From Octopus vulgaris (taxonomy: Eukaryota), in assembly GCA_951406725.2 (NCBI GenBank), contig OX597822.1, forward strand, positions 18,352,001 through 18,416,000: DNA of 64,000 nucleotides, in the 5' to 3' direction. The position numbers and the translations under genes were made by a program. Shown piece by piece: positions 25,094 through 41,950 of this stretch; the first letter of the stretch is position 1, and the number at the start of each line of letters is the position of its first letter. The notes beneath the pieces were generated by a model. It was not told the origin of the DNA. It was given only the letters and a program-made list of their open reading frames with translations, and did no database searches.

Positions 25094-25886
25094 ATCATCA
25101 TCATCATCATCGTTTAATGTCTGTTTTCCATGCTGGCATGGGTTGGATGGTTCGACCGGAGTCTGGGAAGCCAGGAAGCTGCACCAGGCTCCAGTCTGAT
25201 CTGGCAGTGTTTCTACAGCTGGATGCCCTTCTTAACACCAGCCACACCGTGAGTGAAGTGGGTGCTCTTTACGTGCCACCGGCACAGGTGCCAGGGTAGG
25301 CTGACAATGGCCACGAACTGTTGGTGCTTTTTCCATGCCACCAGCACGGAAGCCAGTCAAAGCGGCGCTGGCATCGGCCATGTACAGATGGTGCTTTTTA
25401 TGTGCCACCGGCACAGGTGCCAGGGGAGGCTAGCAACAGCCATGATTGGTTAGTGCTTTTTACGTGCCACTGGCACAGGTATCACAACTACAATTTCCAT
25501 TTGATTTTTTGATCCTGATGTACTTGACTCAGCAGGTTTCCTCAAGCACAGCAGGTCGCCCTATGATCCAAGGTAAGCACAGCAGGCTGTCCTGTGATCC
25601 AAGGTACTTTGGACGGGCTGGGGCTGCTATGTGAAGCTGGTGCAGAAAACAGCCATGAACTCATGTTATTTGTCGGGTCTTTTCAGTCACAGCATACCTC
25701 CAGAGATCTCGGTCTTCTGTCATTGCCTCTGTGAGACCCAACGTTCAAATGTCATGCTTGACCACCTCATCCCATGTCTTCCTGGGTCTACCTCTACCCC
25801 GGATTCCTTCAACTGTTTGGGAGTGGCACTTCTTCACACATCTCTCCTCATCCATCCATAGTACATGACCATACCAGCGCAGACGG
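25094..25886 (-). mobile_element. Second RTE family, 5'-truncated 3' end (ORF C-terminus plus 3' UTR)
   Basis: [47 protein letters not shown], followed by a 3' UTR and (GAT)n; closely similar to 41951-42728. Confidence 0.9.
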
Positions 25887-26125
25887 TATATATATATATA
25901 TATATATATAAGGGCTTCAGTAAGTTTTCATCAAGAAAATTTTCTCACAAGCTATTGGTCAGCTTGGATATAGTAGGAGACATTTGATCAAAGAGGCAAT
26001 GCAATGGGACTAAACCTGAAAGTACAAGATTCAGAAGGGAACTTGTTAACGACACAACCATGCCTACGCCTATACAATTATGCACACACACACACACACA
26101 CACACAGACACACACACACACACAG

Positions 26126-26176
<51 letters not shown>

Positions 26177-26649
26177 CCATATATATGTGTGTGTTCACAT
26201 GCACACACAAACACACATACAAACCCATATATATCTTTTTAATTTCTGCCTTTTGTATTTTGAGTTCAAATCCCACTGAGGTCAACTTTTGCCTTTCATG
26301 TTTCTGGAATCAGGAAGGCAAACTGAGCGAAGAACTGGCAACAAAATAAATTCATACGGATGCTCAATTTTTTTCTGTACACATATATATGCGTAAGTAT
26401 GTATAAGTGTATGTCTGTGTGTGTGTGCATATATATATATATATATATAGGGAGAGAGAGAGAGAGAGGAAAAGAGTGAGAGAGTGAGCAAGAGATGGGG
26501 GATACAGATGGGAGGGAGAGATATTTAAACATGTATATGTATGCGTACCTACACACACACACATATATATGTATTTATATGTAGTATACATATATGTATG
26601 TATACATCATGTATATATGTAAAGTTATTTATTTGTAGGTATGAATGTA

Positions 26650-26681
<32 letters not shown>

Positions 26682-27614
26682 CACACACACATATATATGT
26701 TATGTGTGTGTGTGTCTGTGTGGATGCTCCTTGCTCACTCTCTTATTATAACCATATCATGTTAGATCTCTCTTCTTTTCTTTTCGCTTGTTTTATAACT
26801 GTTTCCCCTCCTCGCATCTATTTGATTGTTACACAAGTTTGATTACTTAGTACAATGTACTTCACAGCTGAACGCTTTAACATAATATAAACAACGAAGC
26901 TGTTTTCATCTCGCTTCTACTGAAGCAAATAAAATCATATACTTTAGCTGAAGGCATTGGTTAGCTTATCAACTCATAACCTTTGCCTGGATTGGTGGAA
27001 TCATTAGAGCATTGGACTAAATACCTTGTAGTGTTTAATTTTCGACCTTTATGTTCCAAGTTCAGACCCTACCAAGGCCAGCTTCACTTTTCATTTTTCT
27101 TGAGTCAAGAAAATAAAATAAATGAAAAATTGATGCCAAAATAAATTGTTACTGGTACCCAGTTTCTTCAAGTAATCCTGATTAAACTATCTTTAAACCC
27201 TCTTCATGCAGTTTGTGCTTTAAGGTGGATGAGGGTGTAAAACTGAATGTCTACAGAATTCCTGTGATAAGCAGCAACCTTCTGGTGTTATTAACTTTGA
27301 AAGATATTATGTCTGGTGCAAGAAAATATTGACATTAGAAGATATTTATCTTCATAATCTGATAGAACATTAAGCAAAGTATCTTGTGGTATTTAGTCAG
27401 GCTTCTTACCATATTTCAGGAACTTAAGCTTTCAACTTATCATCTGTCGAGTCTTTGTGTGCTTTTAGAAGAAGAATTGTTCCACTGAGATGCAAGGATT
27501 CAGGTCAGGCCTCCCCCATCTGTCTTCTAAGCACCTGCCGTGCCCTTTCTTCAAGACAAAGCATTAAAAAAATATTTCTAGATCAATAAAGGACTGGTTT
27601 ACACATGTTACTAC

Positions 27615-27870
27615 GAGCTCACTTCACCCCTTCACTCCCTGTGGAGCATGGGCCCTCAAGGACTTATTTTCACTGTTCTTGTCTCTTGGTTATCTTCCAA
27701 GGCTGCTCCCCGAGGGAAGGCTTTTCTCTCCCAAGTCTTAAGTTGGTTTAAAATCGTCATTAATGGTTGGCCCTATGCAAACCCCTTTTATTACCTCTGG
27801 GATGTGATGGTCCATATTAGTCTGGTTTCTATCCTTTGACCTGTCAAGCATGGCAGGCCCTATCAGTCCT
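27615..27870 (-). mobile_element. Bipartite non-autonomous RTE derivative (5' UTR-like part fused to 3' end)
   Basis: Minus strand: GGGCCTGCCATGCTTGACAGGTCAAAGGATAGAAACCAGAC...GGGGTTTGCATAGGGCCAACC...GGCCCATGCTCCACAGGGAGTGAAGGGG. Confidence 0.45.
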
Positions 27871-28646
27871 CTTAATCCAAAGCCACTCTCGGTAGCTTTA
27901 GATTACAATTTCACAACTTACACAAAGCACTGTTGAAAAACTATATTCCTGTAAAGTCATGTTTCACATCCTTGGGTACACTCAGGTGTGCAAAGATGTG
28001 CCACTGTGCAAATAGTTGTGAGACTCCTAGATGATGTGTGAGAAGGCATTTTGAACTGTAAACAATGTTATTGGATCACATGAGGCGTTTGTTTCTGTGT
28101 TCTTTTTTTGCTTTGTCAATTAGAAACACCAAAGCTGTCATTCAGCAGCCTAATAAGAATGAATTCATTTCTATGTTAGAAAAGCAGTGGCTGTGAATGT
28201 TATCATTGGATCATAAGATGTGTACATATACACACACAGTAGCTGAATAACAAACAGATTAGGTGCAAGTAATTGATGACACAGAAGAATACAGAAACAC
28301 ACATGTTCTGCAATTCAGTGACATATATATGTGTTCTCATATACATCATGTAGGAGGGAAATTTTCTCCCAGAACGATTCCCCACAGTGAAAGTTCTTTC
28401 CATGTTCAAGTATACTCTAACATGTTAGATATGACTACATAATAAGCTAATAAATTTGATTTCATGTAATTGCTTTAATTAATTCTTATATGTTTTAACA
28501 TTAAATAAATGTAAATTATTTAAACTCAGAACATTCTATACTAACATTTTAATTATGTGAATGCCAGTTGATTGGTAAAATCATAAGAATATCAGACAAA
28601 ATGCTTTGTGATGTTTATTCCAGCTCTTTACATTCTGAGTTTAAGT

Positions 28647-29200
28647 GTCAGCACAGGACATCCCGAGACAAGATGGTCTATTGTTTCGTCAAATGTGTTG
28701 CAGAATCTGCATTTAGGGTCAGAACCGTTTTGAAGAACATTAGCCTGGTAGCTTTTTGCAATCAAGCTTTGGTCTTGTGCTGCTGATATGAAACCGTCAG
28801 CCTCTGCTTTCAGTCCTGAACTTCTCAATCACTGACGGGTTGTTACTTGGTCTTCATCAGCATTTCGATTTCGAAGTATATACTGGCCATGCAGAGGCTT
28901 CTGACTCCATCACAACTCAGTTTTTGTTTCTGCTTGTCCTTTTTTGCAGTCTGCTTGATCCATTTTGCTTGTTTTGTGGCAGTGGTTTCAGGTTCTCCAA
29001 CTATTTCAGGATTAATGTGAAGTTCCCTTGTGAATTTCTAAGCTTCCTTGACGTTGGAATGTGACTTTTTGCTGCTTTCGTGTTTGCACACAAACCGCAG
29101 TGACCACTCCTCTGTCCTAGATTAGTACCAGTTCATTGCTCTTGTGGAAGTGTTATAGCACAGTTCTACCTGCATCATTCCTCTTTCCCCATTTAGTCTA
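28647..29200 (-). mobile_element. R4/Dong-type retrotransposon internal fragment (CCHC knuckle)
   Basis: KPLHGQY...LKAEADGFISAAQDQSL...CRFCNTFDETIDHLVSGCPVL. Confidence 0.85.
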
Positions 29201-29238
29201 GGTAGGTACAGACGATCAACATCTGCTTATGAGTGGTG

Positions 29239-29414
29239 CTTCTTCTTCTTCTTCTTCTTCTTCTTCTTCTTCTTCTTCTTCTTCTTCTTCTTCTTCTTCT
29301 TCTTCTTCTTCTTCTTCTTCTTCTTCTTCTTCTTCTTCTTCTTCTTCTTCTTCTTCTTCTTCTTCTTCTTCTTCTTCTTCTTCTTCTTCTTCTTCTTCTT
29401 CTTCTTCTTCTTCT
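29239..29414. repeat. Pure (CTT)n tract, ~58 units
   Basis: Seen directly. Confidence 0.97.
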
Positions 29415-31475
29415 CATCATCATCATCATTTAAACTTTTGTTTCTTTATTGGATTTTTACTTGGTAGAAAGTGAAATATTGCTGTTTGTTGCGACCTTTT
29501 TCTCCTTATTTTTTTTTTCTTTTGTGTTTCTTTCTGTCTTTATTTCACATCAATTTCTTTATGTTGTTACCATTGGAAGATCTTTTCTAATTTCCATAGT
29601 TCTTTGGTCAACAAATACCAGTCTTCATCACTTGCAAACAAATATGGCTTGGTTGTATGTTGGTGGGTGGGTGGTTCTTGCAGGATATTTTTATTTATTT
29701 TATTTGATTCTTAGTTTGCTTCATTTCGAAGGAAGTTTGAAATACTTTGAAAGCTATCTTCTTGAAATGGCTAGCATCTTGCATGTATTTCTTTGATAAA
29801 AGAAAGTCACATGTTGAAGAACTGCGAATCGAAATCCTCTGACTATTCCTTCACAAATGTGTGTGGCATTGATTTTACTCCCTCTTCCATCATATGTAGC
29901 TTGTAGGAAGCCGTTAAAAGCAAAGATAAAGATTGGCACAGATGTTAGTGATAGAATGAACTCATCTTGCGTAGATAGGATGATGTTGACTGGTTATGAA
30001 TTATCTTTAGACTGTTAATGAGCACAATCAATTAGAGTTAACAGTGAGAACAAAAAGAAAACAGAAAAGGAAAGAAATTTATCAGTAATCTTCATCATAG
30101 TATATATTCCAAAAATAATAATTTACAAAATATTTTCACCAATTAGTTCTAAAGAATTAATTAAAGGTGGCAAAAATATCCTTTTCTTTATTGTTATTTT
30201 TTTTCTGGGTAATTTGTACATTATAATTCCTAATTGTTTTGTCAATAAGGCTAATTGTTTCATCATTAATGTTAAGTGTTTCTTATATCTTTATCGTCTA
30301 TGAACTATTTCATTAATGAAGCTAAAAACATTTCATTATTCAGTATAGATATCATATCCAAAATCATCATCTGCAATTGTTTTGCTTTATTTATTTATTG
30401 TTTTGCTTTTTGTTTTCTTCAAAACTAATTTTCGTATCCAGGATATTTTTAATATATATCTATATTCTTTTTTTTGTATTTATAATCATTATCTTAATTA
30501 TCCAAGATAATTATTTCATGATCATTGTAACTCTGACTGTCCACACTTGAGATAAGCAATTCATTATGTCCGGCGGGGAGGGGTGTTCTTTTCTTTCTTT
30601 TTTTTTTCTCCCTCATCTTTTTGTTTTTCTGTACATTTTCTTTGAGATGATATCACCCCAGATGCAAAGTCAGCAATCAAAAATTCTAAAAACGGAATTG
30701 GTGTTGATTATCAATAATAGCTTTTCCATAGTAATATGGTGAGTTTCAGAAATAACTCAGTCATTTAAATCAACACAACTACAGTCAAATATAATTTTCA
30801 TTTTTCTTTTCTTTTTCATTTCCATTCTCTCAGAAATCAACTGATTTGGTGGCAGCAAATTGTTATGATAAAAATTAGAAAAAGAAAATAAAAAAACAAC
30901 ATTACAGTAAAAGAGGAATTTTCTGAATTACAAACAAATTCATTTTTTAAATAATTTATATTATCAGAAGTTAATGATTAAATAAAGAAAGGGATGACAT
31001 AGTAGATTCGTAAAATAATTAGTGTTTATTTTCACTTTGGCATGACATACATGGAATCAAGTTCAGTGTATAAGGTTGATATTTATGCCAAAGATGTGAA
31101 AAAAATGGTCAATTTTAGTGACATCTGACTTCAGAAACAAAGTCAGTGAACAGGGCAGGAAACAGAGCAGGATATAGCTAAGGGTTTACTATTTCTGCCC
31201 TCCTCTTGCTCAGCTTCTGTAACCAAATCAGGCTTTTGATGTTCAGTGTTTCAATGGGCAGAAAACTGGAGGTACTTGTCTTGTTTCATACTTTTATTTT
31301 TAATGGATGGATATATTAGATACATATGTAGGGGCACTAAATCCAAGGTTGGGAAGCTTAACCACACAGCCCTGCCTGCACTAACATATATTCACCTAGA
31401 TATCTGACTGTCTACATGTATGTTTCTCTTTCTCTCTATGTGTGTATATATATATATATGTTTGTATGTGTGTGT

Positions 31476-31516
<41 letters not shown>

Positions 31517-31615
31517 GTGAAATAGAAAGATGAATAATCTTGTAGTTGTAGAATGAAATAAAACGATTTCTGTTCAATCTGCGTTCAGCTCCATTTCTTC
31601 AATTCACCAATAATG

Positions 31616-31662
<47 letters not shown>

Positions 31663-31663
<1 letters not shown>

Positions 31664-32870
31664 TAGGTCATCCCATAAATAATGCATTTTTTTATCTTTT
31701 ATTTTTCAAAATTACAATAAAGAAAGTTCTTTTTTAATCTAAAATAAACTCTCCATTTTCTACAATGCTCTTCCATTTGTCTGGTAGACCCCTCTTTCAA
31801 AATTCACTTGTCCAGGATGAAAAATATTCCTCTGGTACTGTTCTGACCTCATCTACAGAATTCATATTTTTTCCATCCAAATTATGGGGCAGTGTCTAAC
31901 AAATATGTTGGGTGGGTGGGGGGGGGGGGGGCATTGTTTCCCATTCAAACTGCTCCAGCCTGTCATCCTTACTGTATGTGGCTGATCATTATCCTGATGG
32001 CAGAACACCTTTCATCTTGAAACCAAAGATGGTCGTTTTTCTTCTAGCACTGACTTAACCCTTTTGTTACTGTATTTATTTTGAGATGCTCTGTGTTTCT
32101 TTCAATTACTTTGAATATAACAAAGAATTTAGTAAAATAACTTAGTTATCATTAAGCTAATGTTAGGAACATAAATTGTGACTAAGGTTTGGTGGAAGAT
32201 TTTAATTCAGAACTTATGAAAATAAGACATTTGTACTCAGAGCCAGAGCCGGTTTCAGCCGGATTGGTATCAAAAGGGTTAAGCTACTCACATTAGATCT
32301 CCTTTGTTATCATTTGGTTTGGGTTTAAAAGCTCAAAGTGGACTAAACCTTTCATATCCCACCAGACAGATAACAACACCTTTAGCCTGGTGGGAGTGGG
32401 TGTTTCTCCTTTCTTTACCCACAGTCTTCGGCACTTGACATTTTTATAGAGAACCCATTTCTTGTCACCAGTCACTATTTGGCCCCAAAATGATTAATTC
32501 AGGAGACGTGGCAGCAGAGGAGGGCACCCATTCACTCTCTGTGCATGGGATTAGACTTTGAAAGTTTGTGAGGAACCCATTGACCTAATTTTCTGACTTT
32601 TCCAATGGCACACCTGCATGCATGCAGGTGTTGATGATGGTTGAATGACCAACTCCACGCTTCTCTGCTAGTTCCTCCACAGTTACAATGGATTTTGTTC
32701 CACCAGGGTTTGCAGGATGTCCTCATTGAGCTCTACAGATCTTCCAGGATGAGGCTCATCCTCTAGGCTGTAGTTTCTGGCTCGGAATTTCTGGAACCAT
32801 TGTTGACACCGGCTTACACTTATTGTCTGATCCTGATATACTGCATTAATATTCCTTGCACTTTCCATTG
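31663..32870 (-). mobile_element. Degenerate mariner transposon
   Basis: WFQKFRARNYSLEDEPHPGR, LGQWVPHKL, TGDKKWVLY and KVLLSVWWD; TIR-like TTAGGTCATCCCATAAATAATGC at 31663. Confidence 0.85.
32059..32278. mobile_element. piggyBac-type MITE nested in the mariner
   Basis: TTAA|CCCTTTTGTTAC...GTATCAAAAGGG|TTAA: TTAA target duplication and CCC/GGG termini. Confidence 0.8.
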
Positions 32871-33533
32871 CTTTATGCCACTTGAGAAGGACAGGAGCAC
32901 ATGACTTGCAGTAGAGCAGATACATAGCTTCTCCTGTCAGAAAAGGAGTGACATGAAGGTGAGCATAAGTGGTTTAGAGAACTGGACTGGGCAGATAAGC
33001 TCATGAGAGTGTTGAAGGAGAGTGGTAGATGGATAGAAAAGAAGATAGAGGTCACTGCTGGGAATGGTGGACAGGGGTTGAGATGTAATTAATGGCAAAT
33101 GTTTGAGTAAAAACAAATTCAACTACAGTGGAATTTGATCTTGGAATACACAAAAGTAAAATGCTGTCAGAATATTAACTCAGTGCCTTACCATTTTCAT
33201 CAATTCTGCTATCATCTCTGCTGTTCTCAGAATATTGAAATTTCCTTCAACTCATTAAGGAACAATTAATTAAGAATATTGAATTTAGATATCATTCTTA
33301 AAACAGATAAACCAGGTTTTTGTGTTTTATCTATAAAATTCTAACATTGGAAATTTTCTTTCGTTCCACTTTATCATGGAACTTTTGCTCTTCTGTTTAA
33401 ACATTATTATAAAACTGTTGCTACAACTATTTCTAAACTTTCATAGGTTTGTAAGCTTGTTTGAGTTTGTTGATAATGTTGTTGTTTTTTTTTCATCATC
33501 ACCATCATCATCATCATCCTTATTATTATTATT

Positions 33534-33598
<65 letters not shown>

Positions 33599-33799
33599 AA
33601 TACAGTATGTTTATTGTGATAGTTTTGAAAGGTTGGAAGCATTAATTTTTTTTGTATATTTTTCCTTTGCATTACCTCCCCTCACCCCTGTTTTTCTTAT
33701 TAAATTTCTTATATCTCTGTGAGAGGGGGAGAAATGAAGTAGAACCAATATTCAACAACACATATCAGCATTTATCTCATTGTTTTTCTTTCAAAATAA

Positions 33800-33868
<69 letters not shown>

Positions 33869-36714
33869 TCAGGAGCATATTCTGCAAATTACTGTCTGTA
33901 ATAATAAGGTTGTTACCAATTCTTTGCTGCCATTAATTCCTCTGCCCACTTCACTTGCAAAACAATTCAATAAATAGCAACCTGAATACGATAAGAAAAT
34001 CTAAAGAATAAAATAAGAAATACAAACAAAAATTAGCAAAAAGCAACCAACAAAAATGAAGACAAACAAAAACATAAAGTCAACACTTGAAGATTCTCTG
34101 GATATTTTATTTATCTTTATTTAATTAAATGTAACTGATTTTCACTTTTTTTCTGTTGTTGTTGCAAAGATAAAATACTTAACTAGAATGTTTACCGTCA
34201 CAAGACGCCATCCCAGGTTTTTTTATCTGGCAAATAATGACCCTTAAACAACAAGTTAAGTCTTTATCCTTTCAACATCAAAGCTACCTGCTTAGTTATT
34301 AAGTCAGCTCACCGAGAGAGATCTTTCATAGATTCTCTGCCATGGCTGTCTGCTTAAGAAGCTCACTTTGTAAGCGCATGGTTTTAGGTTCAGCCCCACT
34401 GCATGATACCTTATTAGTAGATGGAAAGTGTGTGAAAGCCCAAGTGTTCATTCTGTGAAGTGGTTGGTGTTTGGGAGAACATCTAGCCATAAACAAACCA
34501 TACCAAAGCAGATGGTGGAGCTTGGTGCTGTTCTCTGGCTTGCCAGCCCCTATCAAACCATCCAACCCATGCCATCATAGAAGACACACATCAAATGATG
34601 ATGATGATGTATGTGTATATCTCTGTCCCCTCATGACCACCACCACTTGACAGCCAGTGACAGCCAGTGTCCCCATAACTTAATGATTCAGCAAAAGAAA
34701 CTCATAAGATAAAATAAATACTGAGGAAAACTCATTCAGAAGGCATTGGCACAAAATTTGTTCTTGCTGTATTTTCTCCAACTCTCTATGTTCTGAGTTC
34801 AAATCACACCAGGGTTGAAATTTCCATTCATCTTTTCAGGTTCAATAAAACAAAATAGCAGTCATACAACTGATTGTTTCTCTTCTCTCAAAATTTCTGG
34901 CCTTCACCCATGTTAGAAACACCAAACCATCATCATCACCATCACATATGTTCACATTCCATACTGGCATGATCTGGACTCCTTGACAATATCCATCATC
35001 CTCCATGTATCTACTTTAGCATGGTTTCTAGAGCCAGATATCAAATCCCTTTGCAACATGTGGTGGATACTTTTTTTTTTCATGCCATCAGAATTTGTGG
35101 GGTCACCAAGCAACCTGCAAGATTATGAACCCCAACAGAGTGAGCTTTATGTGAGGAGATGAGGAGTTAAAATATGAAGAAGTGGGAGGAAGTCAAAGCA
35201 ACAAGGTTGGTCATTTTTGAGAAGAGAAGATAAGTATGATTCGGGTGGAGTTGGGAAGAGATGAAAATAGAGGGGAATGGGTGGTCCCTTAAAGTATGAA
35301 GTGAGGAGAAGTGAGTGGAAACAGAGGAATAGGAGTGTGGCTAAGTAGATGCTTACTGGTGTATGGCAGAGTGAAATGAATGAGAGAACAAAAGATAATG
35401 ATAGCTGAGGAAGGTGATCAGTGTAAAATATGCATGGAGAGGGCAGTATAAAGATAATGATGGTTGGTGATGGGTCTTGGGGAGGAAATGGGTGTTGGCA
35501 CCACATAAAGGGCAATCAACATACTCTGTAAAGGGATTAGCATTAGGAAGGGCAACTGGCCATAGAAATTATACCAAAGCAAACAATGGAACCTGTCCAG
35601 TCTTGCCAGATCTTGTCAAAACTGTCCAACCCATGCCAGCATAGAAAACAGACATTAAATGATGGTAATGTTGATGATGTTGATGATATATATGATGAAG
35701 ACCAAAATGTTTGTTACTAATAACTAACAAATTTTTTAAAAACTATTCAATAAATGTACTTTTTTTGTTTTCTTTAGTACTATTTTTGTTTCTAAACTTA
35801 TTAACTAAACAGAATTTGTTGAGTCTGTTCATCATTGATGTAAACTTTTGTTATATAATACAATTTTCCCAAACAAACCTAGTAGCTACTCCATAATACT
35901 TCATATTGGAATTCACTCCAACAGAATAGCTATTTTGAATAAAATGTGTGTTAAACACTGCATCAAAAGACAAATTTAGATGTAATTTTTTTAAAAATCT
36001 AAATTATGGAAACTTGTTATTAGAGGAAGTTAGTGAGCCACTTTATGCAAAACTGGTTGGTTAGGTTGTACAGGGTTAGGCCATGAACCAGTTCTTTGGA
36101 GGATTTCATGAAATCCACTCTCAGACACCATTCATTAAAAGGAATTTTCAATCAAAACATAAAAATTCATAATAAATTTAGAAAAATTTATAAAGTATGG
36201 CTAAGTAGCTATGGAGTTTACTTTTTGGCTTTATGATTTTATGTTCAATCTCATTGCTTAGCAGCATGGACCCCAAAACCTTCTGAGTAGATTTGGTGAA
36301 CCCATTCCATGTGTATCTCCCCATATCGACCTCATATAATGGTTGTGTCACTGTCATACAAGTGGTTCCAGTCATTTCCAGTCTACCATGAAACTGTGAC
36401 CAATCTTGGAAAAATATTACCATGCTTGGAAATAAGTAAGGAAAGACATGAACTCCACATGACCCCTGCAAGCATGGAAAAGTGGATATTAAGATTATGA
36501 TGGTGGTGGTGGTAGTGGTGGCAGTTTGTTGTTTGAATCTACTTTTTCTGATGATTCCTGGATGACTCAAAGACTCGTACCTTGTTATCTCTCTCTCTCT
36601 TTATATACATTTATTTCACCCTGTCTCCTCTGTAGCAATCGTTTCCATATTCTTTATGCCCCATCTTATGTACATTCCCCCACACAGACACACATCTCCC
36701 TCTATATATAATCT

Positions 36715-37392
36715 ATATTGAGGGGTACATTCTTCGCCTGGGAAGGTTTTGGCATTTATAAGCAGCCATCTTTCTCTTTTTCTGGCGAGAATGTAGTCAA
36801 CTTGGCTAGTGTGTATACCAGATCGTTAGGTGACAAGGTGACTGGCGGGTTTCCTGTAGTTAGTATTGCAAACCATAAGATCATTTGCATCACAGAACTC
36901 CAGCAGCCTGGTTCCCTCCTCATTGCAGGAACCAAAACCATAGCCTCCATGTACACCATGGAAGCCCCCTGTATATTGTCCAACATTGAAGTTACCAGCC
37001 ACAAAGAGAAGGTCACTGTCCTTCATCAACAAGGGTGTCATAAAATTGGTCTTTCTGTCCATCAGGTAGCCCAGGCTGAGATAACGGTTGCTAACCCATG
37101 ATGAAGCACTAATCTAATCTTAAGTATTCTGTCTCATACTCTGACTACCTCGATTACCTCATCAACCCATTTCTCCGCAAGAAGTATAACCACGCTCCCG
37201 ACTCCATCAGTGTTCCCTGCCCAGAAAATCGTGTACTTGTGTTCTTTGCCTGTGAGGAACTTAGCGGAACCTCCAGTCCACCTTACTTCTTGGAGGCAGC
37301 CCAAATCGACACTTCTCTGTTCAAGCTTCTCAACAATCTCACCAGATATACCTTTCAGTATGCCGACATTGAGTGTGCCAACTCTGAGGGCA
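36715..37392 (-). mobile_element. RTE-clade APE endonuclease fragment, disrupted
   Basis: LRVGTLNVG...CLQEVRW...FVAGNFN...GGYGFGSCNEEGTRLLEFC...NTNYRK...SQVDYIL. Confidence 0.85.
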
Positions 37393-37421
37393 TATATGTA
37401 TATATATAAATATTATATATG

Positions 37422-37582
<161 letters not shown>

Positions 37583-37794
37583 CTACAAAATTAGAGAATG
37601 GAGAAACATACTTAAATCAATAAAGCATCAACTATCCGATGATACTCAATCCATACTTTAATACACCATTACATAGGAGTAAAGGCAATATATAAAATGA
37701 AATGAGATATACAGTAATAGTAAAAGTAAAAGTAAAAGTAAAAAGATAAAGAGATATAAGTAAAAAATTACAAATACAATATGCAAATAAATCA

Positions 37795-37910
37795 AAAACT
37801 GACAGCTGTTTCGGCAGTGAGGACAGTCATACCTCATTTAACCTATAAGCCATAAAGGCAGGTATAAATGAGGCATTAACAAAGATGCCCCACGGCCTCT
37901 TCAGAGAATT
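37795..37910 (-). ncRNA. Type I hammerhead ribozyme, intact core, ~85-nt stem II
   Basis: Minus strand: CU-CUGAAGA-GGC.GUGGGGCA...AUGCCUCAUUUA...UAAAUGAGGUAU...UGUCCUCAC.GCC-GAAA-C-AGCU-G-UC-AG; stem I is short. Confidence 0.85.
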
Positions 37911-38248
37911 AAATTAAATTTGTTATAATAGTGAAAAATATTATATAATCATATACATATAAATATAAAAATATAAAAAAGTAAAATATAAAAACTTATA
38001 CATCATAATGCTACACTTGTATAATATAATACATATTTGTACAAAAAGGAAGGTAACCAGAACAAAATAAAACAAAATATATAACAGTGTATATATAATA
38101 TTAATAAGTACCGATATCATACATATTTAGCTAATAGTTTTTTTTATAAAAAAAGGGGCTAACACATATGGAGATGAAAAATAATAATAATTAAATCCGT
38201 GGTACAGTTCATAAAATTCTAAAGCTATAAAAGTTAATAAAAATTACT

Positions 38249-38285
<37 letters not shown>

Positions 38286-40013
38286 GTAATAATAATAAAA
38301 AATAATAAAAATAGATACAGTTAAGTTATCACCAAGTCCATCCTTCCAAGATCGAAATAACTATGAGTTAAGAAATGCTGACCACTAGGTAAAGAAAATT
38401 TAGATTAATTCGATTGGCTATTGGTTTGAAATTTAAATCACAAAAGAAAATTATACGGTTGGTTAGTCAGGGAACGCCAATATTCACACACGCATCTACA
38501 TATCAATCGCACATACACACATAGTTATATGTATATACATACACTTGTACATATACATAATCATAAGCAACAACTAACACTTAGATAAACAAATAGGGAA
38601 GCAACCATGCTAACACTAAGTCCTTCAAAATTATAACTGAGCCTCAATAACAAAAAAAGAACCATCCATGCATTCTATAAAATATTTAATTAAGATATAA
38701 ATGTATTTTTAAATATCAGTATGTTACTAATTCAGATAATTATTTCATGGGTAACTTAAAATTTGTAACACCGGTTTGTTGCAGAGTAAACATACGGTTG
38801 TTAGATTTATCGTAAGTTTGTTATGATTTAAAGTACGCTAAATTATAAAATATAAAATATAAAATATATTAATTTAGATATTATAAATAAGTCACTTATT
38901 AACTTAATAAATATAGTGCCAAAATATATCAGTTTAGGCAATAAAAAATAGAGGGGGAAGTATTAATGTAAACGCTTATGAGAACATCACAGAAATTTTA
39001 AATAAATTTTATATTATAAAGACTTAATATGAAAAGAGATAAAATAAATAAAAAGGAATAAATACGAAGGAATAAATACGGTTATACACATAATTATAAG
39101 TACAAACTAGTATATATGTATTCATATATTATTAAAATAAATAAAAATAAATGATAGATATGTATGTATAAAACTACACCAGTATAAGTAAATAAGTAAA
39201 GAATAAATAGGTAACAAATTAAATGACTTGATATGTATGTAAACATCCACACTTAAATAGGCAAATAAATAAATAAATAGAAGACTAGATGCAAATATTG
39301 ATAATATTACAATAAAATGGGAAATAAATAAAAATAAATAAAGTGAATATATATATTTTATATTGTTGAAAGTAAATATGTATGGAAGGATAGTTTAAAG
39401 TACAGATCCAGAGGACTATAGATATAAACTAAATATATGAGGCTGGTAACAATTATAAAGCAAAATGCATGTAAATGAGAAAATGAAAAAAATGAAAAAG
39501 GTTTATCAGTGAATAACATAAGATACAAATTAAGGTGAGTACAAAAAGACCAAATATATAATAAAAACCTTCCAAATCAGCACATACAAAAAACCCATAA
39601 TCTCAACCTAAACCCACCAAACTCACAAAAGGCTCTCATATATTACATATTATACAATATCATTACATTATCCAGAGCTAGGTATCTAACCAAGATATAC
39701 ATATATACTTTGCAATATACTATGCAATATTGGAAAACTTCAAAAATCACACATTACAAGGCAAATACCAAAATGAATATGTTATTTTATGTCATATTGC
39801 ATTTCTCTTAAAAAAAACAAACAAAAACCCACATACAAAAACCAAGAAACCAATAATACTAGACACATCCAATTAGTTATTATACAAATGTAGCTATAAA
39901 AATTATAAAATTATGAAATTTATAAAATGTATACTTTAGAATTATAGAAGACCACAGGTATATTTAGTTAAAGAAGGGAATTAAAAAATTGATAATAGTG
40001 GAAGTGCTAAGTT

Positions 40014-41950
<1,937 letters not shown>

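Noticed and set aside
29193-29474. Poly-Arg, poly-Ser and poly-Leu ORFs
   Set aside because: They are reading frames of the (CTT)n tract.
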